Of a DNA stretch of 64,000 nt, positions 52,417 to 64,000 are shown one piece after another. The stretch spans positions 102,116,001 through 102,180,000 of the forward strand of contig NC_087436.1 of the NCBI RefSeq assembly GCF_036321535.1, read 5' to 3'. Each line of letters starts with the position of its first letter. Position 1 is the first letter of the stretch. A model generated the notes under the pieces. It saw only the letters and a list, made by a program, of their open reading frames with translations. It had not been told where the DNA came from and searched no databases. The stretch is from Camelus dromedarius (taxonomy: Eukaryota). The position numbers and the translations under genes are program-made.

Positions 52417-54376
52417 GAAAACAATAAACCCTGTGGAAGTAGGATAATCTGATTTCCAGAGTTGCAACATTATGAGATTTTCGCACACACACAAGATCCA
52501 TACAAAGAAACAGGAAAATATGTATTACTGCAAGGAAGAAAAATAAACCAACAGCAACAGTCTTGAAAAAGATCTGATAGCAGATCTGATAAATAAAGTC
52601 TTTAAAGCAACTATCTTAAAGATGCTCAAAGAACTAAAGGAAGATGTGAATGAAGTTACAAAGAAAGGTTGAACAAAAAGCAAAAATCAATAAAGAGATT
52701 AAAAAATCTAAAAAAAATTCTGGAGCTAAAATTTATAACTGAAATAAAAATTTATCAGAAGAATTCATAGGATGACTTGAGCAGGCAGAAGAAAATCAGC
52801 AAACTTAAAGATAAGACAATAGAAATGATCAAATCTCAGGAACAGAAAGAAGAAAGATTAAAGAAAAATAAACAGAGCCTTTGTGACTTCTGGGGACCAT
52901 TAAAAGAACTAACATATATATTGTGGGAGTCCCAGAATGAGTCTGAGAGAGAGTGAGGCAGAGTGAAAATCTGAAGGAATAATGGCTGAAATATTTCCAA
53001 ATTTGTTGAAAGACATGAATATAAACATTTAAGAAACTCAATGAAATCAAAGATGATTTAAAGAGGCTCATTCTAAGACACATTATAATTTAATTTTCAA
53101 AAGACAAAGAGAAAAATCTTTAAACAGCAAAAGTAAATCATCATATGCAAGTGTTTCTCAACAGGATTATCAACAGATTTCTCATTAGAAATTTTGGAGG
53201 CCAGAGGCAGTGCACTAATATATTCAAAGTGCTCAAAACAAAGGCTATCAACCAAGAATCTTATATGCAGCAAAACTGTCCTTGAGAAGTGTGGGAGAAA
53301 TTAAGACATTCTCACATAAATAAAAACTTAGGGATTTTTGTTACCACCAGATCTGCTTGCAAAAAGTGCTCAAGAGAGTACTGCAAGATGAAATAAAAGG
53401 ACACTAGAGAGTAACATGATGTGTGTGTATAAAGATCTTAATAAAAATAAATACATAGAAGATCATAAAAGATAGTATTGCTGCATTGATAGTTCATAAT
53501 TGCAATTTTTGTTCTCTACATGATTTAGCATATTTAAAGATAAATAATAATTTTAATCTAAAAGCTAGTATTACTGTAACATTATTGTGTACACCAAATC
53601 TTGTTTTCTACATAACTTAAGAGACAACTGCATTTAAAAGAAGTATTAGTTTATGTTTTGGGACACACAATGTACAAAGACATAATGTTGTGACATCAAC
53701 AAGCAAAAGGGTTAGGTACAGAGCTGTAAAAGAGCAGAGATTTTGTATGTTATTGAAGTTAAGCTGGTATAAATTCAAATAAAAGTTTTATAATTTTAGA
53801 ATGTTAAATATAATCTCCAAGGCAATCACAAAGAAAACAGTCATAAAAATACACAAAAGGAAATGGGAAAAATTTCAATATTTTGCTACAAAATATTAAA
53901 GTGGATTACAAAAGAAGACAGTAAGATAGAATATGATGGACAAAAAAGCTATAAAGCAAATAGAAAACAAATAGCAAAATAAGAGAAGTAAGCCTCCCTT
54001 TATCAGTAATTACTTTAAATTTAAATAGATCAAATTCTCCAATCAAAAGACAGAAATTGACAAAATGGATGAAAACACATAACCCAAATACATGCTGTCT
54101 ACAAGAGACTCATTTTGATCCTAATACACAAATAATTTGAAAGTGAAAGGATGGAAAAAGATATTCTATGCAAATAGTAACCAAAAGAGATTGAAATAGC
54201 TGCACTAATATCTGACAAAATAGACTTTAAATTAAAAAAAGTTTACAAGAGACAAAAAGATCAACAAAAATTAACAAAACTTTACCTAGATTGACTAAAA
54301 ATAAAAAAAAGGAGGAAAGACTCAAATTGCTTAATTCAGAAATAGAAATGTAGGCATTATTACTGATTCAACAGAA

Positions 54377-54452
54377 ATATATATATATGTGTGTGTTTAT
54401 ATATATATATTATATATATGTATATATGTTTATATATATATACATATATATA
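54377..54452 (+). repeat. Interrupted (TA)n/(TG)n microsatellite
   Basis: Direct reading. Confidence 0.9.
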
Positions 54453-55182
54453 GAAGAGTTCTAGGAAAAATTATTTGCCAACATATTGGATAACCTACAT
54501 TAAAAGGAAAAGTTCTCAGAAACACAAAACCTACCAAGACTAAATCATGAAATGGAAAATCTGAATAGTCCTAAAACTAGTAAATAATTGAATCAGTTTT
54601 CAAAAATCCCTCAACAAAGAAAAATCTCTGGACCAAATCATTTCACTGGTGAGTTCTATCAAATATTCAAGAAGAATTAATACCAATTTTTCTCAAGATT
54701 TTCCTAAAAACTGAAGGATAAAGAACACATTCTAACTCATTCTATGAGGTCATCATTACTCTGCTATCAAAGCCAGACAAAGAATCTACAAGGCAACAAA
54801 ACTATGGACCAGTATCCCCTCTGAACACTGTGCAAAAGTTCTCAAGAAAATGCTAGCAAGTCCAATTCAGTAGCATATTAAAAAGATTATACACCATGAT
54901 CTAGTGGAATTTATTCTTGGCATGCAAAGATGTTTCAACATACAAAATTAATTAATACAACAACACATTAACAGAATGAAGGGAAAAAACAGATGATCAT
55001 CTCAATTGAGGCAGAAAAATAATTTAACAAAATTCAACACCTTTTCATGATAAAAAATTTAAAAAATAGGAATAGAAGGAAACTATTTTCATATAAGAGC
55101 CATAAATTAAAAATATATATATATCATAATGATGAGTATTTAAGTGATGAAAGACTGAAAGCTTTTTCTCTAAGATCAGATG

Positions 55183-56245
55183 GCTGAAATTACCCTGTAA
55201 TAAAAGACAAATTAATGAGAAAAAAAAAAAGATTTAATAACATGAATATCTTCTGTATCCATGGAAGAGACTCAGTAAAACTGAGAAACTCCAAAAACTG
55301 GTCCAAGCCATCACCTTAAATATCAACTCTAGCAAAAGAAGATCTTGGGGGAAGGAAGAGGCCGCTTATGGGAGGTTATTTGGCAAAGCATGGTAGTCAA
55401 GGGTATGGTTATTATGTAGATTTAAGACTTTGAACCCTAACGTTCATAGCAGCATTATTTACAATAGCCAAGACATGGAAGCAACCTAAATGTCCATCTA
55501 TAGATAACCGGATAAAGAAATTGTGGTATATTTATACAGTGAAATACTACTCAGCCATAAAAAATAATAAAATAATGCCATTTGCAGCTACATGGATGGA
55601 CCTGGAGAAGGTCATTATAAGTGAAGTAAGCCAGAAAGAGAAAGAAAAATACCATATGATATCACTTATATGTGGTATTTAAAAAAGACAAATGAACTTA
55701 TTTACAAAACAGAAGCAGACTTACAGACATAGAAAACAAACTTATGGTTACCAGGGAGGAAGAGGGTAGGAAGAGATAAATTGGGAGTTTGAGATTTGAA
55801 GATACTAACTAATATACATAAAATAGAAAAACAACATGTTGATACTGTATAGCACAAGGAACTATATTCAATATGTTGTAGTAACTTATGGTGAAAAAGA
55901 ATATGAAAATGAATATACATTTGTTCCTATATTACTGAAGTATGCTGCACACCAGAAACTGACACAACATTGTAAACTGACTATACTTTGATAAAAAATA
56001 TGTTTTTTAAGAAGACTTTTCCTTCTCAACTGGTAAGAAGCTTTAGAGATTTAGACTTCCTCCTATTCCTGGTACTTAGAGACAGCCTTACAAATGGAGA
56101 TTTTTCTTATATATGTAAATATCTATTACAAAAGGGTAACTTCTACTTAGTTTCAGAGCTTTTTCCTCTGTCTGCTGCTTCTCAAAAATAATCCTTATGC
56201 TTAAGAGTCATAATTTGGAGTGGTTTGTGTATTCTGCTCTTCTTC
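55183..56245 (-). mobile_element. MER34-family ERV1 LTR, interrupted by an L1 at 55432-56011
   Basis: aataaaagacaaattaatgagaaaa...tgtagatttaagacttt [L1] aagacttttcc...tttcagagcttttcctctgtctgctgcttctcaaaaataatccttatgc...tattctgctcttcttca. Confidence 0.65.
55432..56011 (+). mobile_element. 5'-truncated LINE-1 3' end (older cetartiodactyl-type 3' UTR) with 8-bp TSD aagacttt
   Basis: gttcatagcagcattatttacaatagccaagacatggaagcaacctaaatgtcca...gacacaacattgtaaactgactatact. TSD at 55424-55431 and 56012-56019. Confidence 0.9.
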
Positions 56246-58644
56246 AAATCAATGCTTCCCTGAACTCATGGTTCTTGAATAGAATCTCCACTAGATCTGT
56301 TTTTATTTATCTTCCTAGTTCCCTTGGAACATACAGTCCAGACACAGAGATACTATCAGCATCTCATCAAAATGATGTCTTTTCCTGCTTACACTTTATC
56401 TTGGTTGATCTTAGGTTTTATAGTGCTCTTTTCTTTTTCTCCTGTTGCTCTCAATTGTGTAATGGGTACTTAATAAAGTATTGAAGAATTTAATGGAGAT
56501 TGTCAAATATAGTGCATCAAAATGTGTCTTAATTGCACCTTTAAGATGTTGGACAATTATGATTCTAACTTATTTGTAAAAACTCCTAGAAATGAAATAT
56601 GTCTCAAAGAATGTACTTAGAAACTGTTTTTTTAAAAAAGATAAAGAATTAATCTGCAAAGAGAGGCTTAGATGGAAGGAACATAGCATGTGGCTATCTG
56701 TACTTAGTCCCCTGAGTGTTGAATGGATAAGGGCTCAGGGAAATAAAAACAAGACTGAAAATAAAAGGTAGGAGGAAGAAGTGAGAATGTAGAAAGAATG
56801 GATTTTCCCTGGAAACAAAACAGTAGAACTCATACCACTGTTATATTTCTCTTACTTACTAAATTTAAGTCCCATTTCCCGGAGCCTCCTGGGCTTTCCC
56901 TACCTGCACTGATGTTTTCCCCATTAAAACTCTCAATCTGTTCAAGCTGTGGGGTGAAGGAGAGTGTGTTATTACTCTACTGCTTAAAGGGAAATTAAAT
57001 CTACCATGGCTTCCAGGAAAAAAAAAAAAAAGGCAAACCAAAGACTTTTCTATCACAAATGAGAATACAAGTGAAATAAGTCAGTATAAGATTGCTCTGA
57101 GCACAAACACCATTCCGCTGAAAGCTTCTTTTAAAAACAATTATAAAAGAGTATTCACTATCAATGCTACATTCTTTGGAACTTAGGAATTGAAAGATTT
57201 GTACTACTTATTATAATCAAATAATCTGAACATAAATTGAGTTAATAATCATTTAGTTTAAACTCTCTTTTAGCAGATGAGTGGTACATTCTAGGAAGAT
57301 TAAGAACAAGAACTATGAGCTCCCAGCTCTCAGTCCTGTTCTCTTCACTACACTGGCTGTCATAGTTTTTCAATGTTTTATTTAGACTACTACTCTGGCT
57401 AGATAATTCTGTAACTGCCTCATGTACCTTTACAGGTATTTTTAATTTTTGCAATATTTAAATATTTCACTCTCATGGATAATATATTGTATTCAGCCTC
57501 ATATATGACTGTGACAGAATAATTTAGTTTGTTTTGCTGCCCTATACTTTTCCCCTCTTCATTTCTAAAGAGGTAAAGAGGAATTTGTGTCCCCTTGCCT
57601 TAAAGATATTTGTGTTTCAAGGGCAAAAACAAATTTTGACAGAGGAAAACTAGGTCTAAGTATTAGTACCTATAATTGTACTAGTTGTCAATACATTAAC
57701 CTAGGCAGTGTCACCCACTTAATAATCTCAGTGTGCTACATGATCTAGGGTTGTTTGGTGCTCAATCTGTACAAATCTGTGGTAGCCCTTCTACCTATTA
57801 ATATTTTTTGATAAAAAATTTATTTTGTAAACCCAGAGGTGTGTAAAGATGACACAGAAAGATATGTGATCAAAGCAGACTAACTGAAAGTATACACACA
57901 ACTATTGTATGAAGGACATGCTTGTAGTTCACATAAAAGTTGGCAATACTACTTATCTCTAGTAGATATATTACTAGTTTATGTTGCTAGATCTACAAAT
58001 TTCTCAAGGGAATTCAAAATCTATCATTTTAAAACTTGATTTAATTAATAAAATACAGTGTTGGTCATAATTAAATACATATAAAATAAAATCTACAGAA
58101 GAAATTCAAAACATACACTTTGTTTGCAACCTCTGACCCAATTATTTTTCTGGCATTGTTCTACCTGACACAAGTTGACATAAAGAGGTGGTGAATGGAT
58201 TTGAGGGAGGGAAACAAAAGAGGAAAAATGTTAACAAGAGAAGGATTAGAACCTCATAACTGAAGGTGAAATTAGGGTTCTGATGATCTCAGGAAGGGAA
58301 CCCTAACCCTTGACTTCATTGGACTTCTAGAATGGAGTAGGATATCTGAGAAGAGCACCTGCATGATCAACTTTGGATGACTTAAGGCTGCTTTGTCAAA
58401 GATCCATAAGTAAACATTAAAACACAGAACAGCTTGCTTTCAAGAGAAGATGCAGACTTGACAAATAAGCATAAAAATGATGAGTGTTGATAAAAATCTG
58501 GACAGTCCTTTATAAATTGTCTAGTGTTTCAAACTAATTATAATATGATGAATGAGATGGAAGAATTCCCCAACTATGCTTGAGAAGAATTGAATGAGAT
58601 ACTTAATTTGCTAAGAAACTGTGTGATATCTAATGACCAATTAT

Positions 58645-59004
58645 ATTATTCTGGTAGGGTTGCCATTATGAAATAGCACAGACTGGGTGACTTACACAAC
58701 AGAAACTTATTTTCTCACAGGTCTATAGGCTGTAAATCCAGGATCAAGGTGCCAACAGAGTTGGTTTTTGATAAGGCCTCTCTCTTTGGCTTATAGACAG
58801 CCAATTTCTCCCTATATCCTCACATGACATCTTCTCCATATCTTCCTCTTCTTGTCAGAACATCAGTCCTATTGGGTTAGATTCTCACCTTACAACCTCA
58901 TTTAACCTTAATTTCCATCTTAAAGGTCTTATCTCCAGATATAGTCACATTAGGGTTAGGGCTTTGATTTACAATTTTGGGGAAGACATAATTTAGTTTA
59001 TAAT
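58645..59004 (-). mobile_element. MLT1A-type MaLR LTR
   Basis: gggttgccattatgaaatagcacagactgggtgacttacacaacagaaacttattttctcacag...atcaaggtgccaacag...acctcatttaaccttaatt...atagtcacatt. Confidence 0.75.
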
Positions 59005-61504
59005 GTCCATAGTAGTTTGAATGAAAACGTTTAGTTTGTCTCCATCCAAAAAAAAAGTGTAAGTCCAACAAGAACAGAAGAAAATTATGGAGGCGTAGTT
59101 GGTGAGCAATATTAGCAAAACTATGAACACTGGAAAGTAAACAGATGTGTAATAATAAACTCAATAGAGCATAAAATGATCAAGTTCAACTGCCTGTGAG
59201 GTAGGATGCAAAAAGATACAAGGAAATTTTCTATAGAAGCCTCAAAGCCTCCAGATTTAGAAGCACCAGTACTTTGGAAGGTAGATATTATGAATGTAGG
59301 GAGGCTGAAAAGAATGGGAGTCACACTACAATTTTACAATACAATTGTATATAAGAAAATACACAATTGAATGTTCAAAACATTCTTTCTGCATGACGTC
59401 AAGCTTCTAGGTCTCTTCTGACAAGGTGGGGGAAAATTTGTTCTTCAGCTAATTTAAACTAGAGATGGAAACTTAGAGAACACCTGGCATCACCAAGAAT
59501 GACATCAATGCATGAGACTGGAACACGGTATTATTTTCTGAATAATGATAATCCCCATTCCAATTTTCCTTCTCATATCCCAGGACAATAACATACAGAA
59601 TTATACCCAAGATAAGAAACTAGAAGAGTACATTCTGAAGCAATGTATTGACCTAAGAAAAATGATCCAAAAAATCAGATAATTTGTGCATCCTAAAATA
59701 AAATGACTGAGACACTGTATAAAAGAAACAATCTCATCTCAAAGCAACCAAAGCATCCATTTACCTTTTGGGTGATTTCTTAAATATGAATAAATTACCA
59801 GGGGTTAAAGGACAACTCACAGGAGAACTGTTGTTTCTTCACTTTTCCTCATACTTCTTTCTTGGTGGAGAGTTTCACTGGCACAACACTTTGTCTCTCT
59901 GCACCCTATTTTCACTTCTTTTCAGGATAGGAAATGTGGCTTTTATAAGTTATGAGCTGTAAAGAGACATTGTCAATAAAAATATTTTTTTCTCCTGATT
60001 TCATGGAAAAGAAAATGTGTGTTATTCCCTGGAATTTTAGCCTAGGTTGAAACAAATTAGACACTTTAAAATATGGGTGTACAGAATTATATGTTTTTTT
60101 TTTATTGCAAAGCTGCTGATTTTCATGTGTCCTACAAAGCAGTATAGATTATTAGTGTTAAACCTGATAGCCAGCTCTACATCAACTTCTGTAAATTAAT
60201 TACGTCTCCCAATAGGCAGTTTTCTTCAGCCTAAGTCAGTCATTCTATGGTAAAAGGTAGTAGAAATAGCCACTGTGGCACATTAGTAAAAATGTCTTCT
60301 AAGAGTGAAGTGTAGATGATACGTTACTAACAATTCTAACAACAACAATCAGCAATGGAGTGCCAGAAATATGCACGTCACAGGGAAAATTCCTGATGAA
60401 TTTTAAATAAGCTGTGTGAAAAAAAAAAAAAAAAAAAGAGTCAGCTGTAGTAAGCCCTGGGGTTGCAGTCAATAATACATTCAGAACTTTTCAAAAATGT
60501 ACCAACAATTAGACTATCACCCTGTAATACTGAAGCTGGTTTTTACAGGTACATTCCCCATTTCATTCCACGCTTCCCCAGAATGACATAGTGAACACAA
60601 AAAGACCTTTAATGATCTCTCACTAAGAATATTCTGCAGTGAGTTAAAATCTGAAGCCATGGGTTCTTGGCAATTGGCACACATTGACCAATATCTGCTA
60701 AAGCTGAAACCTACATTTTTTCGTCTGCCTCTTTACACTTCGATATGACTGAATCATTGCCTTGCACTTTGGCAACTCTCAGTACTGAGTTCTGAGAACT
60801 TAATATTACTTTGAATGATTGCTCCAAGAGCAAGGACTTCATTTTTTTCTAAATGGGTTGTATATACGGCCAATGCTTTGCAACATCATATGAACTAGTA
60901 ACCTTTTCTACTATTTAAAAGTAAAGTTTGTAAAAGACCTTGACTTTATTTAACAAAACACTGGGTTTCTTGAGTTAGCTGCTCTTTTTAGTGAAAGATA
61001 GTCCAAGCTCCACATCCCAGAGGCAGCAAATTTCTACCTGAGGATTCGAATCCCTTTTAAACGAGATTTGACAGAAATAGAAGTTGTAAAAGATAGCACT
61101 TTCTCTTTAATATTTTTTGGAGTTCGTTTCTTAAGCATGAGGTAATATAACTTAGGATTTAATTTCAGAAGAATTATTTGAACTTTAACTTGCAAAATAA
61201 TTTAATTTTTAACTTTTAATTTTTTCTATATATTTCACAGTGGAAATAGGTTAGCATTCAAGTTTAAAGCATTTCTATAATGCTGAAGTTTTACCTCATT
61301 GCTTTACTTCTAATAGGCTGCACTGGATAATGCACTTGGATTCCATCAGGACTGCATAGCAGAGTGGATTTTCAGGTTTAGGTACAGGGTTGACTTGAAG
61401 TTGATTTATTTAATGTACAATCCTGATCTACTTCATACGCTTTCAAGGGCAAAATCTATACTTCCAATCAGTTTCCTGGATGGGTACCCAAAGCAAATTC
61501 ATTG

Positions 61505-62380
61505 CAGACGTAGATTTGTCATGAAGCTTATAAAGCTTAATCTTAAGGGCCCCTCACTTACGTGGCCTCCTTCCAAGGCCTTGGGAGGAACCCAGAAATG
61601 TGTTCAAATGGACATATATTTTGGCAAGATTTTCAGCATTAAATATATAGCTTAAATTAGGTAAGACCATAGTCTCTTTTCACTTTAACTTCACCTTCAT
61701 CCTAGACTCCCTACCATTAGGTAGCATTTAAGGATTTGCAGGTGTTTCTTGGATCTAAATCAAAGAAGACAATTTTAGAATACGTTTGGTGTAAGTTTAG
61801 AGAGATTATAGGTATGTGGTTTCTGGTATGCTTGTGTAGGGTTAAATTACTGCTAGCTGCCCTGATATAGAACTGACTTCCAGGAATATTGGTAATACCC
61901 ATGGAGCTGACTCACCAAGCATGGTAATAAAGTACAGAGCCAGAGGTAATATAATTCAAATGCTTCCAATGATGTCAATACTATAAGCAAGTAGGTAATG
62001 GAGGAGAAACAGTTCAGATATATAGAACTCATAACCAGTGTTGACCATCCAATTATTAGACATAGGGGAAAGTTGCTTCTTATCATTGTTTGTTCAAAAT
62101 GGAAGTTTTCTCATTTCAGTAAAATACTTGATAATGAAGCATCATCAATTATAATTACATCATATATCTTGTTTTAAAGTATAAAATGTGCACATACATT
62201 TATCAAAATTTCTATGTTTTTCTATAAACATAAAAAATGACTGCCTATGGTCACATGTTTTATGCATTCCAACTATGAATACTCAAAAAATACATTTCTA
62301 TCAACAATGAAAGCAAAATAAGGCTGAAATGATTTCCACCATTTCTATAGAAAATTATACTACAGTTATTACCATAGGAA
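61505..62380 (+). mobile_element. hAT-Tip100 (MER115/Zaphod-like) DNA transposon remnant
   Basis: cagacgtagatttgtcatgaagcttataaagcttaatcttaagggcccctcacttacgtggcctccttccaaggcc resembles the recalled Zaphod/MER115 5' end. The right boundary is uncertain. Confidence 0.5.
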
Positions 62381-62469
62381 GGGAAAATCAAGGAGAACAA
62401 AAGAAAAATTCAGTACAATACTTTATAACATCTTTTTAGAGATATGGGAGAACATATTTTCACAATAAC

Positions 62470-63310
62470 ACAAGAACCAGATTTTATATAAAGGAAACAT
62501 TCAGAAAATAAGAAACCGTAACTATGCATAAAATGGAAACTTCTGGAGATCTAAAACATGACAGCAGAAATATAAATGACAAAGGAGGATTTCTAAGATA
62601 AGCTTGAGAAAAATCTTCAAGAATACAGAGCAAAAGACCCATATACATCATACAAGAGAAATGTTTTAAATATTTTAGTGTATTAAACCAGATTATCTAA
62701 ATTTCCATTAACTTAAAAATAGAGAGCAGAGAAAATTAGAGAAGAAAAGTAGAAAAGAAATAATTTTAAAAAAATTCCCAGAATGGATAAACATAAATAT
62801 CCATATTGAAAGGGTTAACCAAATGGTAATTATACAAAATGGAAAATGTCAATACAGGAAGTTACAGTTTAGGAAATTTCCAAACACCAGGGTTGAAAAT
62901 AATAGCTTAGTGAAGAAAGAAAAACTTTTGGAGAGAGTCAGAGAAAAAAAATTTTTATAAAGGAGGCAGCATCAGAATGGCATTGGACTTTTGAGCAAGG
63001 CTAGACACTGCCTTTCAAAATCCTCAAGAGAAATTATTTCCAAGCTAAAATTCTATATCCAGACAATTTTTCAATCAATTTATTATCATGGGTTGATCAA
63101 AATTATTTTCACACAAGCAAATGTTCAAAAACAAAGTTCTATTAGAGTGTTCTTTCTCTCTTAGGAAGCTGTTGAAAAATGAAAGAAGAAAGGAAATTCT
63201 GGGACCCAGGGAAACAGTAGATCCAGCATGGGAAAAACATAAAGGAAATGGCCACGGTAATTATCATACGGCAGGTGTAAAAGGTGAACTGAGCTTGGGG
63301 CTGATCTGAG
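62470..63310 (+). mobile_element. Old L1ME-like ORF1-region fragment
   Basis: aaattcccagaa...catcagaatggcattggacttt...gcctttcaaaatcctcaagagaaattatttccaagctaaaattctatatccagacaa. Confidence 0.5.
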
Positions 63311-63368
63311 TTTAGAAGGTTTAGTAAGTGAAGAGTAATCATATTATATTATATATCTCAATGATAAA

Positions 63369-64000
63369 TGTATCAGATTTCTATTGCTGCTGTAACACAT
63401 AACCACAAATTTACCAACTCAAGACAACACCCATTTATTATATCACAGTTCTGCAAATAGAGTGCTTGGACTAGGATGGGGTCCTAATAATCTGTTTAGG
63501 ATCTTTCTGGGCTCAAGTCAAGTTGTTGGCTTGTCTGAGCACTTAACCTGGAGGATGTTGGGGGAAATTAGCTTCCAGGTTCACTCTGGTTGTTGGTAGA
63601 ACTTAGTTCTCTGCTGGTCTTAAGACTGAGGTCCTTATTTCCTTGTTGGGCTTTTTATAGGTCCTCTTTTCGTCTTCTTGAGACCATCTGCATTCCTTGG
63701 CTCCTCATCCTCTTTTGGTCAAGCCAGTAATGGTGAGTTGAGTCCTTCTCACACTTTAAATTTCTCTGACCTTCACTTCTGTCTCATTTCTTCTGCCTTC
63801 CTTTCTGCTACATCTCTTTGAGTAAGCCTTCTGCCTTCCCCTTCTGATTTTAAAATATCATGTACTTACTTGCTGCTATCCAAATAATGCAGTATAATTT
63901 CCTTGCTTTTAAGGTCAGCTGATTAACAACTTTAATTTTTTGTCTGCAAAATCACTTCACAGCAGTAGCTAGATTAGTGTGTTATTGAATAACCAAAGGA
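63369..64000 (-). mobile_element. MLT1E-like MaLR LTR, running off the window end
   Basis: tgtatcagatttctattgctgctgtaacacataaccacaaattta...acaacacccatttattatatcacagttctg...ttttaaggtcagctgatta...cttcacagcagtagctagattagtg. Confidence 0.7.

Larger units (their letters stand above)
51706..55180 (+). mobile_element. Ancient L1M element: 5' UTR, decayed ORF1, and partial ORF2 with an internal deletion
   Basis: 5' end aagatgacagattaggaggc... ORF1-like text (cagaagaaaatcagcaaacttaaagata; caaccaagaatcttatatgcagcaaaactgtcctt). ORF2 start region (tatcagtaattactttaaat...tgctgtctacaagagactca) and RT (aactcattctatgagg...aaaattcaacaccttttcatgat...ttttctctaagatcag). Confidence 0.8.

Noticed and set aside
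52195..52501. ORFs with IYLF/IHSF repeats
   Set aside because: Translations of the (TGAA)n(TAAA)n microsatellite.
1..64000. CRISPR arrays, tRNA/rRNA genes, CpG-island promoter, prokaryotic operons
   Set aside because: I saw no repeat-spacer array, structured RNA gene or CpG-rich island. The sequence is mammalian repeat-rich DNA, and the remaining short ORFs are consistent with chance.

Overview
AT-rich, repeat-dense mammalian non-coding DNA (intergenic or deep intronic). I can identify no intact protein-coding gene. The LINE-1 3' UTRs look cetartiodactyl, and I see no Alu, Bov, PRE or Can SINEs, so a camelid genome is my tentative inference. The main structure is at 4.4-17.0 kb, where two independent young LINE-1 insertions have exchanged halves. 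L1-A is a twin-primed (5'-inverted) insertion. L1-B appears to begin at the L1 5' end and jumps straight into ORF2. Each element's target-site duplications are now inverted relative to each other and paired with the wrong partner (4396-4410 with 14395-14409; 9196-9217 with 16940-16962). The two elements share an apparently identical 2,180-bp inverted core (5713-7892 = revcomp 14519-16698) but differ outside it. This implies a >=6.6-kb L1-L1 recombination inversion with gene conversion, or a repeat-collapse mis-assembly. An old degenerate fragment of plectin's plakin-repeat region lies at ~27.5-28.3 kb (minus strand). The rest is ancient MaLR/ERV LTRs, Tigger/hAT DNA transposons, L1M, L2, MIR and microsatellites, several of them nested. 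All family names come from recalled consensus sequences, not from a search.
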